Source: Eledone cirrhosa
Taxonomy: Eukaryota
Assembly (NCBI GenBank): GCA_964016885.1
Contig: OZ024745.1
Span: 51,770,001 to 51,834,000, forward strand
Length of the DNA: 64,000 nt
Reading direction: 5' to 3'
Positions 38,726-52,020 of this stretch are shown piece after piece (the first letter of the stretch is position 1; each line of letters begins with the position of its first letter). The notes beneath the pieces are model-generated. The model searched no databases. It was not told the DNA's origin and was given only the letters and a program-made list of their open reading frames with translations. The position numbers and the translations under genes were made by a program.

Positions 38726-39577
38726 CCAACAGTATTCCATAATATATTAGTGACTATAGCGTCAACATGGAATAATAGTTAACGTAAGATGTGGGAAAAT
38801 AATTCAAACTCATTTCAAAAAGAATCAGGATATTGATTCATCCACACAATTTGGTGAAATCCAGGGAAAAATCAATAGAGCCTTAACTCAGAATAAAATA
38901 AAGTCTAAAATACGCATCCTTCAATTTGGAAAAACTACAAATGCTTTGTATAGTCTTTAAAAAATACGATTTCACGAAACCTTCAGTGGCGATGGTCACG
39001 GTTGGAGTCGATCATCAGCCGAGCTCAAAGACACGATAACCAAAGTACCACTGTTTATAATATGCCAAAAAAAGAATTTAAAAGTAGGCTAGTTCAAAAT
39101 CATGCGTAATTATGAAGATAAACGCACATGTAGAGACAGGGTTGGTGACGTCAGAATGAGACGAATGTCTGTTTACATGAAATAACAGTCAAAAACATTC
39201 CGAAAAAAAAATCTACATATAAGGAGTTCAGCAAAAGCAATATTATCGCGGTTTTTTTTTTAATAAGACCAGGATTAGTCACAAATAATTTTAAGCACTT
39301 TAGGAAAGAAATCCGAGTATAAATATAAATGAAAAATATAGAAATTACTGTAGCAAGAAGCCAACAGTATTCCATAATATATAAGTGACTATAGCGTCAA
39401 AATGGAAAAATAGTTAACGTAAGATATGGGAGAATAATTAAAACTCAATTCAAATAGAATCAGGATATAGATTCATCCACAGAATGTGGTGAAATCCAGG
39501 GAAAAATCAATACAATAAAATAAAGTCTAAAATACTCATCCTTCAATTTGGAAAAACTACAAATGCTCTGTATAGTC

Positions 39578-39580
<3 letters not shown>
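38726..39580. repeat. ~230-bp diverged direct repeats (38726-38960 / 39361-39580) between TA tracts, possible tandem pLTR relic
   Basis: ccaacagtattccataatata...gaaaaactacaaatgct occurs twice. A decayed CTGATGA..GAAA motif lies on the minus strand at ~38965-39020. Confidence 0.7.
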
Positions 39581-39642
<62 letters not shown>

Positions 39643-40064
39643 TATATATACCAAGATATTAATAAATGGAAACTATATTTATAAAACCATATTTATTTTA
39701 TAACTTCTACATATAATATACTCGTATATATATATATATTTATTTATTCATTTATTTATATATATATATACGTGTATATATATTTTCCATTTATATATAC
39801 GTGTATATATATAGTTATACTATATCTATATAGTTATACTTTGGGAGGGTCATATTGTTGTAATAATATTGCCAGCATTAATAACAGAACACACTCACTG
39901 TTTGGTTGGTTTTCGCTTGTGTATCTTTTATATCAGTTAATTTATTCGGTCCTCAATGTTTACCAGTGACTGACCAACGGTAAAAAATACAGATATAATA
40001 TAGACACAAACACATATATATAGTCTAACAAAGTTCTTTCGTTGCACATCTGCAACATCGTCAG

Positions 40065-40123
40065 TGATGCTATTATGTTCCTCCTGTTGTATTGTATACA
40101 GCAGGAGGAACATAATAGCATCA
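40065..40123. repeat. Near-perfect 28-bp hairpin
   Basis: tgatgctattatgttcctcctgttgtat tgt atacagcaggaggaacataatagcatca. Confidence 0.85.
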
Positions 40124-40188
40124 TAAATAAATAAATAACCAGATTATTAGATGTGTGTGTGTGTGTGTGTGTGCGTGCGTGTGTGCGT

Positions 40189-40223
<35 letters not shown>

Positions 40224-40369
40224 TGTGTGTGTGCGTGTATGTTAGTGCATGTGTGTATTAAAATCATATATGATCATCATACTTAAGCTCAAAATTAACA
40301 CGATAGCAAATGTTATTGCCAGAACCAAATAAGGAATGAACTGGCAAAATATATATATCGTTAAATGGA

Positions 40370-40556
40370 TTGGCAGTATCGGTGGAGGGTCGGACGCCAT
40401 GCTTTCCAATATAGTTACGTCCCTTTACGATCTGAGTTCAAATCCCGCCGAGGTTGACTTTGCCTTTCATCCTTACGAGGTCGATAAAATAAAGTACCAG
40501 TAATGCACTGGGTAATTGCTGGCCTTGTGCCTAAAGTAGAAACAATTATTATTATT
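40370..40556 (+). mobile_element. tRNA-derived SINE
   Basis: A-box-like tggcagtatcggtgg, B-box gagttcaaatccc, core gactttgcctttcatcc..ggtcgataaaataaagtaccag (recalled as resembling the Nin/Deu SINE core), and an (ATT)n tail. Multicopy within the window. Confidence 0.85.
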
Positions 40557-41090
40557 ACTTTCAAAGTAAAGGGTGTCATGAATGATACAAAATCAAACAT
40601 ATTTCTTCAGCACACGATAGAATTCAGAGAATAAAATCGAACCTTAATCATTATATGAAAGTGATTGAAATATATTCATACACATTTCAGTGTACACTAA
40701 GAGATATCAAAACATAGAACTAGAGACAAACTACACTTAAAGTAAGACTACATGATTCGTTGAGTATCTTATTAAATCTAATAAAATATTTAAAACAAAA
40801 TACTTGTTAATGATAAATTATATGTCACTCATATGTATCTCCACAAAATCAGAATACATTTCACCGAATAACGGCGATATTTTGAAAGGGATCATCAGTG
40901 AGGGTATTCAAAATCATCTAACCTCATTCAATGCAGGGTTGAAAGTGGCTAAACGCACATGGTATCAACACATGAAATTTAGCACTCGCAACGACATGGA
41001 GGGTTCTTGTTGGCATGAAATAGCAGTCCAGCCTCTCGACATAAACAGCTCAGCACATAAAGAGCAGATATATTATTATTATTACTTTGG

Positions 41091-41275
41091 ATTGGCAGTA
41101 TTGGTAGAGGGTCGGGCGCCATGCTTTGAAGCATAGAGTTACCTCCCTTTATGATCTGAGTTCAAATCCCGCCGAGGTTAACTTTGCCTTTCATCTTTAC
41201 GGGGTCGATAAAATAAAGTACCAGTAATGCACTGTGTAATTGCTCGCCTGGTGCCAACAGTAGAAACGATTATTA
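41091..41275 (+). mobile_element. tRNA-derived SINE, same family
   Basis: Collinear with 40370-40556. Confidence 0.85.
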
Positions 41276-41818
41276 CTTTCAATCGACAAAGTATACATTT
41301 TCTGAAAATTATGAACCGGGGATTATATGAATCTCTATAATTACGTTATCACATTACGATTCTATTAATTTATTTTTTAAATAATTTACAATAAATGACA
41401 TACATTGGATACACATAAATCCGGTGTATCTAAACAAATATTTAAGTGAATGACCGCCAACAAAATGAGAATTGGGATGAATCAATTTAGAGATGTTATG
41501 GTAAATCGAAATAGAGTGGGCAATGTTTATGCAATATTTCAGTTTTCTGCAAATTATCTAATATTTATATTTTTTGGAGAGAAAAAGTTAGACCGCTGAT
41601 TTTGTGATTGATAATCATATATTGTGACTGGCTGTCGTAACTAATTCTTTCTGTTTTAAAAGATCGATTGATCTACGTGACAGAAGTATTCAATGGCTTG
41701 CACGGCGTCATTAGAATCTTGATCGATCATTGATTGGTTCGGATAAGTATTCGATCATCGTCCCATTTACACGCGGTTGCACACATACACACTCTTACAC
41801 ACATACACGCACGCATAT

Positions 41819-41853
<35 letters not shown>

Positions 41854-41938
41854 ATATAGATATGTGTATATAATATATATATCATATATACAATATATAT
41901 ATATTATTTATACTTAGATTATATGCACACACACACAA

Positions 41939-42008
<70 letters not shown>

Positions 42009-42316
42009 TCGTGAGTGTGTGTGCGCGTGAGTGTGTGTGTGACAGTGTGTGTGTGAGTGTGTGTGCGTGTGTGTAATTGTGTGGGACGTTGCGTGTGATT
42101 ATGTGTATGTCTTCCTATGCGAAATGAAACCGGACATTGCTCGGATGCTGAGAATGTCCGTTACTCATTAAGTTAAAGAGATTCTGGACAATAATTGTTT
42201 ATTTTTGAAGACACTCATTCAGCGTGGATATACATCTGTGAACAAATCGGTTAAAGTAAGAAGCATTAGGAAAACATGAACTTTGAAATATGCTCCTCCT
42301 AATGCAAATAACCGTA

Positions 42317-42497
42317 ATAACTGTTTCTACTTTAGGCACAAGGCCAGCAATTACCCAGTGCATTACTGGTACTTTATTTTATCGACACCGTAAGGATGAA
42401 AGGCAAAGTCAAACTCGGCGGGATTTGAACTCAGATCGTAAAGGGACGTAACTATGCTGGAAAGCATGGCGTCCGACCCTCCACCGATACTGCCAAT
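42317..42497 (-). mobile_element. tRNA-derived SINE, same family
   Basis: Reverse complement of the same consensus. Confidence 0.85.
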
Positions 42498-45400
42498 CTA
42501 CCACCCTTCCGTAATAATAGCCGATCATTATAAACAAAAGTTGAGAAATCTGGTGAAAAACTCCTTGAGGCAGACAGAATTGAATGGAACAAATGGCGAA
42601 TATTTAAATTGCACATCTCTCAAATGTGGCTTTTACACGACTAGAAATGTTTAATTTGAAAGAAATCATCAGGGATTTCCTGATGAATTCTTTCGAATGA
42701 TTACTTTCGCATCTACTAATAATGATTACTTTCACATCTATTAATACATTAAAAACTCATAAAAATCCTGAAAATATCCTTACCTTCACATATTTACCGA
42801 CAGAAACACAATAATAAACAAGCAAACATACACACACTCATATATACGACCACCCTCTACATTTGCCACAAGCAAAACATATAAGCTCTCCTGAAGCCTC
42901 TTGTCATTCATGTATTTTGTATTACCATCTAATCCCATGTGTAGTTTAACATCATACTTAAAACATTTTGTATTCAATGGATTGGAATAAACAATCAATT
43001 AATCTTTCTATGAGATTAAAATAATTTATTTATAGAATCACTCTCACTACGTCTTTGGACAGAATATAAATAATTTTTATCGGGAAGGTCTCCTATACAT
43101 TACATATGGATCATTTCCATATCTTATCTAAATCCCACCTGATTCGTACTTTGGAAAAAAACTTACTGCCATTCAAGAATCTAATTCCTGAATTATAATA
43201 TACAGCTCGATATCTATTCTATATAATCACACTTCTGAATGGATCAATCTATGCGAATTAATCTTCGATACCAAATGTTCTATGTCAAATACCTAACTAG
43301 TGAATATATCCATTAAATCAGAACTCACAAGCTTACAGAGTAACTAAGTAGTTCTAGACAGCGGTGTTGGTTTTGTAGATTTTTATAACCTGAATAACCC
43401 TCAAACATATAAAGTTAAAAAAAAAATAATAATTGCCCATAAATTATTTAAGAAATACACCTCGAAATTTACTATTTGCAGTGATCTCAATATCGTACAA
43501 CTCTAGCGATTCGATGTGAGATGAGAACATACAGTTTGTAGAATAATATATAAAAAGAAAATAACTAAATAACATGACAAACTTTCACAGTGTTGTTTTC
43601 TCACTTTGATTCTAGCTATCATATTTAAATACAGTAAAATATATGGAGAAGAGGAATACATTTTTCACTCCAAACTCGCGGCACCAAAGACATGAAGATC
43701 GTTAAATAGAAGGCTAAAAATATTCTGTTTGTTGTCATAAAAGGATTAAGGAATTCATAAAATGTGACAAACTAGCCACATTGTCACGTATCATTACTCG
43801 ACATACAGTTCTTTATACTTCAATATAGTAACACAATGGTGTCAAATTGCAGTAACATGAACACTGCGCTGCACAATAATCAGGCAACAATATGACCATG
43901 ATTTCGCCATAAAAATAAAATAGGTTACAGACGTCTAATAGGAAATATTATTGTTTCATAATATAGTATCATCTTTAAATTAATTAATGAACGCAACATT
44001 CTGAAATTATATATTGAGTGCAGACATTAGAAAATGTATTCACCTATCATTGTATAGAATATGGTTGATTAGAATTTAATTGAGTGTAGCTCTCTCGCAA
44101 TAAATAAAGTTATATTATATATTTGTCAACAGCTGCATAGGATGTAGATCCAATATTTTAAAGAGAATACTGATAGTTACTTGCAGCTGTTAGGTGTATC
44201 AAATAGATGGAGTACTAACTCATTTTCTTTTATTTGAGATTGGCTTTCTTCAGAATTGAAAGTAATGTTTGTACTATAACGATCAAGAGAAATAAAAAAC
44301 AACACTTGTACTCAGAACTCGGGTTTCACTTTCATCATTATATAAACAAATCAACGTCGTTTTAATCAAAAGAACCTTTAGAAGTTACTTCACACAATGT
44401 GAGCAAAATTTTACCTTTGATTTATTTATTTTGTCTGAAGTCTGAAATGTACTCAGATAGGCTTCATTTGATAACAGTAAGTTAATTATCGTGTGTTATT
44501 TCGTTAACAGGGTAATGTTTTGACTAAGGTGATAATCATATTAGGTACAATTACAGTGAGAAAAGTCTTATGTAGAAATATCTATTGTTTTATAATTGAA
44601 TTCCACTAAATATATGAAAAATTAGATCTTCTGGAAATATACACTAATCAAATTCATTTAGAAATAGAATAATTTATTATCGTTATCGGGGAAAATGACA
44701 TGCCATTTTTGAAACTAAAAATGAAAGTACTTTCTTTAAAGCATATTTAAATGTTTATATATATATTCGGTAATGGAAAAGTTTGGAAAACAAATTGTGT
44801 TTTATATTCTACGACCATTTATATTCACCGCTAAAAATTAACATATTTATTCCAGATATTTTCTTTCCGTATTTCATATCTCACCATACATTCCTGTTGA
44901 CAACTTATTCAGATAAAGATATATTGTGAAAATAATCGTACCATGTGACACAGCTGTTCAAAATATTTAAATTAAATTAATGTAGGAAGAGCGAACGTTT
45001 GGCAAAACAAATAATATTGTAGTGGGAATTTTGGCATGCTTTAACTTTTACTTTTCCAATTTCGCCTGTCAATAAATGAATTACCATTTACAGCTTGATG
45101 GAAATGCATTAGACTACCAAAATATATCTTATGTTCATAACAATTCCTGTTTTCAGCTACAGTTTGTAATTTGCTAAGGACTCGATTAGCTTTAATAAAT
45201 CAGAGCTATTAAAATATTCATTACACGGGGATCGATCCAATATTTTGTCCTATGTGCCGGCAATGTAGTTCCACAAAAATACAATATTATTATCAGAGGA
45301 GCATGTAGAGAAGCTGTACCATGTTGAAACACCCAGTAATGAATACATATTTGGAGTACTTGATTTGTATTTAAAATTAATTTATGTAAGATGCAAGCAG

Positions 45401-45532
45401 CGGTGAAGTAATATGCCTATTTTTGGAACTACATAACTCTAGAGAATCAGGTGATCGTCTTGGCATGCATATCTAAGAATAAGAAGAATTAGCCTTTTAT
45501 TCATGCTAAGGTACTCGTTTGCAGATACATTT

Positions 45533-45966
45533 TCCAAGCAACTATTAAGCCCATATTACTTTATGGATCCGAAACGTGGACACTAACATCACAACTTGAG
45601 AGGAGATTGGATGGCACATATACCCGCCTCTTAATGAGAGTGCAAAACCTATCCTGGAAACGACATCCCATCTTGTCTAAAATCTATGGCAAACTCCCTC
45701 GAGCCTCTGCCCTTCTAAAATCCCGGAGAGCTCAATTTGCTGGCCACTGTCACCGTGCCAGCAATGAAATCATATCCGCTCTCTTGCTCTGGAACCCTGA
45801 CTCCAGCCTGACTAGGAGTAGGAAGCTGTCATTCCCTGACGTTATCTCTAGAGATACGGGAATCAGTAGACAGGACCTGGGGGCAGCAATGGGGGACAGG
45901 GAATTCTGGGGCATGAGGGTGAGATCCATCATCTCGACAGTAGTCGACGAATGATGATGATGATGA
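45533..45966 (+). mobile_element. 5'-truncated RTE-clade LINE with (TGA)n tail and 13-bp TSD
   Basis: Open frame PILLYGSETWTLT...LDGTYTRLLMRVQNLSW...RRAQFAGHCHR. TSD tgcagatacattt at 45520-45532 and 45967-45979. Confidence 0.9.
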
Positions 45967-46468
45967 TGCAGATACATTTAAGATTCCGCAGTTTAATGGG
46001 AATGCATCTGTTCGTTTTCAATGAAATGGCCTGGAGAAAATTGAATTTGATTCCCCTTCAAATATTCCCGTTCCTCCTTACATTCGCTGAATGGTGATCG
46101 TATAAACATTATTCTAATTAGGAACATGGATTATCAAAGTGATGATAGCCCTCTACCGATGTAAGAAAGGAAAAAATAAACAGTTTTCAGACATACGTTT
46201 GCATTTCTTAGATCACATACTGGTTGTTACGTGTCTGTAAACATTAGCAGAAACAATATTAAACTATTTGTTTCTAACATTGTATATTATCATCTGATTT
46301 GAATTTCATCTTGTGTTTTTTCAAATCACATTTAATGTTTTAAGGAATGTGTATAACTCTAAATAATAAAATTGAAGCGCTTCCCGCCATAAATGGAAAT
46401 GGGAGCGTTGAAATGAATGTCACCTGGCTACAGGTAGTGACCGAGAAAAATCACATGAAAACAAAAGT

Positions 46469-47930
46469 ATGGAAACACAAACGGCACAAAAAATATTGAA
46501 CAATAAAAAAACACAACTTAACAAATGAACTCCACAACCATGAATCAAGCAATTGAGAACAACAAAAACAACAAACACAACAACGACAACAATGAAAACA
46601 ACAACAACAGCAACCATAAAACATCTTTGGCGACAGTAAGTAAAGGAACATTTACAAATATTGATATTTCTAATGCGAAGGAAATGATCAATGAAGGAAA
46701 AAAATATATTACCTTCGAAGAAAAAGGGGTATTTAACATCACCTCTCCACCACAAATGAAAGCCTATGCGAAGGACTGTGAGTTTTCGCACGATTTTGAA
46801 CAAACAAAACACAAACCGGCTTTCCTTACTCAAGGCGAAATTGACATCGTCTTTAAAGAGGCAATGCCGGAAATACAATACATACAAAGGGCTAAACTAT
46901 ATGGAAGCATATCGGTGCTCTTCAAAAGTGAGGCCATTGCGAAAAAATACTCAGTGACCCCGGTCACATACATGGGAAAATTAACACAAAGAATAAACAT
47001 CACCTGTATACCACCCAACATTAACATCTGGTGGATTCTGGCAGGGTTCTTGGAGGACGATGAAGACACAATAATGTCGATTCAAAAATCCACAAGAAAC
47101 ACCTGGAACGGCTTGGAAATTTTGGTCCAAATGAAACCGGACAGAATTTCCAAGATACCAGAAAAGGTGTCAGTAGACAATACAAACTATATACAGATTT
47201 CGGCAGCACCTCACATTTAAAGGCCTCCTGTCTCCTCTTACGACCCCCCCCCCCAAAAAAAAAAATTACTTCTACCAACACCAACTCCAAAATCACACCA
47301 ACAACAACAACACACAAAACAAGCAAACACACAAAAACAAACAACTGTTCAACCACAAACAACAGAAAAAACACAAACAATTCCCCTGAAAAGCACAGTC
47401 CCACCCCATCCAACACTACCACAATCACACACACAAACACACCATCACCTCACAACATACCCATCCCACACGCTCCTGATGACGATTCATCACCCGACGA
47501 GGCCACTTCTCCAACCACAAGTGAAGATTAAGTAGAGCTTCATAAATAAAAACAAAACAAAAAAAGAGACACCACTAAGCCACAAAAACAACAACACAAA
47601 CACCACCACGATTAACCCCCCCCCCCCCCATTACCAACAAAACAAACACCAACACCACCCCAAACACAAATGCCCACCATAGAAAGAAAACTACAAAATG
47701 AACAACAAACCAAAACAACACAACAAAAAAACAAACAACAATACACATACATTAACAGAAACAACAAAAACCTAATGGAGGTCATCTCCCAAGTCTCCAA
47801 AGTAGAAACTGAGGGGAAAACTTTTGTAAAAGCAGACTCTCAACCACACCCAAAACTAATAAGGGTTTCGATAGAAACATATCAGAAATTGAAAGAACAG
47901 TTTTCACAGGACGTAGGCAGCCCCTGCTAA
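46469..47930 (+). pseudogene. LINE ORF1 (disrupted; N/T/P-rich low-complexity segments)
   Basis: ORF 46525-47220 and 47670-47930 pieces lie immediately upstream of ORF2. Confidence 0.65.
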
Positions 47931-48060
47931 AAACCAATAAACCGTGTCCTGTTGAAATGTTTCCCCACCAGAACTGAAATAGAGATTGAACAACCCGATC
48001 TCCAGAAACGAAAAGGTAAGTGCACCTTTTTGTCCTTTTCGCCAACTCTTCTCCACCAAG

Positions 48061-51000
48061 ATGGCTGACTTACGAGTTGGAAGCGTGAATGTAGCGTGGC
48101 CTATGGATGCCCTGGAAACAGGGCCAGCTTTTAAACGACCTTAGGTCACACGGTATAGATGTAATAGCCATCACCGAGTCCAGGATCCACAACAGGTAGC
48201 AACTAACCCCCATCTTCAATGAATTTGAGATCTACGCATCTCTCTGTCAGCCGGGAGGTGGAGAGGGAGTGATTGTCATGTTTCGGAAAAACCTGGAACT
48301 CGAAGTACAGAAAGTACACTTGGACCCGGAGAGTAGACTGGTAGTCGTAGATGTGAACAGTATTGGAGGTGGAGCCTTCAGACTGGTGGCCGTTTATGCA
48401 CCAACCGGGCAACCACAATCGCGGCCAGACTTCTTTAAACGTCTAAAGTCTTTTCTGTGAACCTCTCACTCCTTCACTTTAGTGGGGTAGTGGAATGGTA
48501 TCCTAGATGCACGATGGGACTATGTGGGAACATGTCCCAGTAGAGTGGAGTGCAACAGCCTCAAAATTCTAATCGGCCAATTCCAACTGGCCGATAGATA
48601 TCAACTAGATTTCCCGACTGCACCACAGTGGACGTGGGCAAACCGCAGCGGGATATCTAGATCGTATCTAGATAGGTTTTTCATTAGAGAAAAGGACAAG
48701 AAGATGTTAAGCTGTCCACAAATGCACATGGTTGCCTATTCAGATCACAAAATAGTCGTCTGCATAGTCAACTGTGATAGAATACATAGACAAGGACCCG
48801 GATACTGGAAGCTGAACGTGTCTTTGCCGGCACGAAAATCCTACAGTGAACGGATGAGTAGATTAGTTAAGCAAGAGTTGACGGGAGCCATCATCAACAA
48901 TAGATGGTGGTACTCTCCCAAGAGAGCAATTAGAGTAGAATCGATAGTGTTTAGCAGACAATTAGCTTTAGAGAAAAACAAATCAGAAACAGAACTAGTA
49001 GCCAAGGTAGAAGAGGCGCTTGGGAGTGGAAACGCAGCTAGAGTGCTAGCATCGAGAACGGCACTGGACCAGTTCTTCGACGCGAAACACGAAGCCTGCG
49101 TGGTCAGAAATTAATCACGTGCTCTAGGAAATGAGGGAGCAAAAGCTGTTAGCTAGGCCCGACTGGCGGAAGCGAAAAGTGGCAACAAATCCACAATTCG
49201 GTTTTGAAAGACCAACACGGACGCGTCTACTTGACCCCAGGCAGATGTGCGCGGTCTTTCAGCGGCACTTTGCGCGACTGTTTGAGCAGAACGACGGTGC
49301 AACGAACGGGGCAATGGACTTTGGTTCATACCTCGACGGCCTGCCGTGTCTCTCGAGCATGGACGCAGAGTTCTGCGTAAGACCGATCACAGCCACTCAG
49401 ATACGGGACGCTCTGGGCCACTGCGGGAAACGTAAATCACCCGGTCTTGATTGTCTATCCTATGAGTTTTTCATAGGCATGCCGGACTTTTTCTTTGGCG
49501 TCTTCGAAGCCGTCTACTGAAATTGGCAGCAGAACGGGAGTATTCCCAGTTCTGCAGGCAAGGGCGTAGTAACGCTGATCAGGAAAGACGAGAACAAGGG
49601 GGACGAAATAAACAATTTCAGGCCCATAACTCTGCTCAACACAGAGTTAAAGATTTTGCCAAGGTGCTAGCAACGAGGATGGCGCTTGTCGTCGAAAACC
49701 TGGTAGAGAAAGCGCAAACGTGTGCAGTTCCAACCAGGTCCATACACGACAACCTCAACCTCATGCGATACACCATAGAGGGGGTGGGGCTCTGATCAAT
49801 TTAGATCAGTCTAAGGCATTCGATAGGGTCGACCATCGATACTTGGAAGCGGTTCTGAAGTCGGCTGGTTTCACCCCGTTTTCAGGGGCTGGATCAAGGC
49901 GATGCACACCAGCATCTGCTCGAGGGTCACGGTGAAGGGCTCCCTATCGGAGCCGTTCGCAATCGCGCGTTCCATTCGACAGGGATTCCCCCTCTCCTCC
50001 ATTCTGTACGTATTGACTCTAGAGCCACTACTGTGGAAGTTGGAGCTTTTGCAGGGCATCCCTTTAGAACCGGGACTGCAAAAAGCGACGTCGGCTTATG
50101 CCGACGACGTGACGGTATTTGTGTCGAAAACCTCGGAAATCAAGGTAATCGGCAACCTACAACAGGAATACGAAAGGTTCACAGGAGCAAAACTGAACCT
50201 GAACAAATCTGTCAGTTTGGAACTCGGAACGTGGAGAGGCAAATCGATGCTGTCCGACAGCGTCGTCGGACGCTGGACGGAAGGACCGCTGAAATTGCTC
50301 TGAGTCTGGTTCGGTTCAGAACTCCAGGTGGAGAAAAACTGCAACGAGGTCATGGCCAAGGTATTTGCGCTCATTCAGAAGTGGGCAGAGTGCAAACTGT
50401 CTTTGAAAAGTCGAGCGTAGGTGGCGAACACTTTCATAGCGTCCGTCATCTATTACCACTTCACTGTGGTGCCTTGTCCCTGTGAATACCCCACCAAGTT
50501 TGAACGCAAGTTCTTCCAGTTCCTATGGAAAAAGCAGGCTCCACTGTTGATGAGATCCGTCTGCTGCCAACACCCTTCCAACGGAGGGCTGGGCATGCCG
50601 TGGCTAACTATGCGCAAACATGCGCTGAGGCTACGGCATCTCCAGTTATTCCTCACAGACCAACCGGTGTGGGCACCGTTTGTGAGATAGGCCTTCCCAC
50701 AACTTGTCTCGCTGACTGAGCTGCAGTCCTGGGTGAAGGGAAGACCGAAGAAGATGGGCGCCTGGCATATTGAATGCGCCCAGGCGCTCACAGTCCTCTG
50801 TCAAGCGGGCACAGCAATCAGTGGAGACTCCACTTCGACATTCTATAGAGGGTCGTCAGTACTTTACAAGTGCGACGACGTGCTCGGGGAGACTCTAGGC
50901 ATCGAGGACGACGAGCTCACCAGTCTGTCCGGTAGGACCTTCCGCCCGGGACCTATGGACAACTTCCAGAGGTCTCTGGCCTGGCATTGCTACCGATGAG

Positions 51001-51476
51001 CTCTACCCGTTGAGATAAGATCTACAGGCACGGACGCTCCGGCAAGAATCCTTCCAAGTGGACGTGTCCAAGATGCGAACAGGACATTGAAACCGTCTTG
51101 CATGCAATTGTACACTCCCCGGGCGTAAGCGGCCTGAGGAATTATGCAGAACAACTGCTGTTGCGTATGGGACAAATCCAGTTGACTGCCGAGTCCAAAG
51201 TAAGGATCAAACCGCCAGCCTTTTTCAAAAACGAAAGATAGGCGGTTTTCCTCTGTAGAGTGGCTATGGTGAAAGAGGTTATATGGTGGACGAGATTGAG
51301 AGGACTGAGGACAGATGCCTTTCTCTCCGGACAACAAATGATTCCCTTCTTTAAGTATCAGTTTAGAAGGAGAGTGGAGAGAGAGGCACTGCACCCCAGT
51401 AAATTTGCTGAAAGGTGGTTGTATGAAGCGAAAATGGCCTGAGGGATTAGGCCTTCTCTGTTCATAAGCCTGTAGG
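48061..51476 (+). pseudogene. LINE ORF2 (APE endonuclease + RT), multiple stops and frameshifts
   Basis: MADLRVGSVNV, AVYAP, SYLDRFF, SDHK, GPGYWKLN, KSPGLD, FRPITLLN, LDQSKAFDRVDH, RQGFPLS, YADD, GGLGMP. Confidence 0.9.
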
Positions 51477-51934
51477 TTAAGGAAGAGAGCAAAGGGAAGA
51501 AGGGAGCACTTGCACAACACGCTGCTCGAGTTGAGGGTTGTTCTATTAACGGGGTATTAATCAACCCATTTGTGGCGCTTTCCCCCTATTGGTAATTTCG
51601 ATTGTTATAATTGTTTATTTCAATATTTTTACACGACTGTATGTATAATCCCCGGCATGTGTATTGTCCCCTTTTCTTGTGCGCCCTTGTGGCAAATAAA
51701 GAAATATATATTAGAGAGATGTGTTGAGTGAGGTTTTAAGAATTAATAAATATCTCGCTGACGTGAACACTATCAATTTTCCAGTGGAACGTCTAGATTT
51801 AACATTAATGTGTCATTCCAACAAATATCCTCACCGATAGAGATATTCAAGCATTTCATATAAGGTCTATCCTATTTCAATTCACCTATATCAAACGGCT
51901 TGTTGGAGCTTTTATACTCAACATTCATGTGGAA

Positions 51935-52020
51935 TATGTCCTATGTCACGAGCGTATTACGTATGTCCTATGTCATGAACTTATGAAGTACGTCCTAGTT
52001 CATGAGCTTATGATGTATGT
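51935..52020. repeat. Three ~27-bp diverged tandem repeats
   Basis: tatgtcctatgtcacgagcgtattacg / tatgtcctatgtcatgaacttatgaag / tacgtcctagttcatgagcttatgatg. Confidence 0.65.

Larger units (their letters stand above)
46417..51703 (+). mobile_element. Near full-length, inactivated L1/Tx1-clade LINE
   Basis: ORF1 plus ORF2 (APE, RT, C-terminal zinc-knuckle remnant). The 3' end ggcaaataaagaa abuts TA. The 5' boundary is approximate. Confidence 0.9.

Noticed and set aside
40370-40460. tRNA gene (A/B boxes)
   Set aside because: It is the head of a multicopy SINE, and no complete cloverleaf forms.
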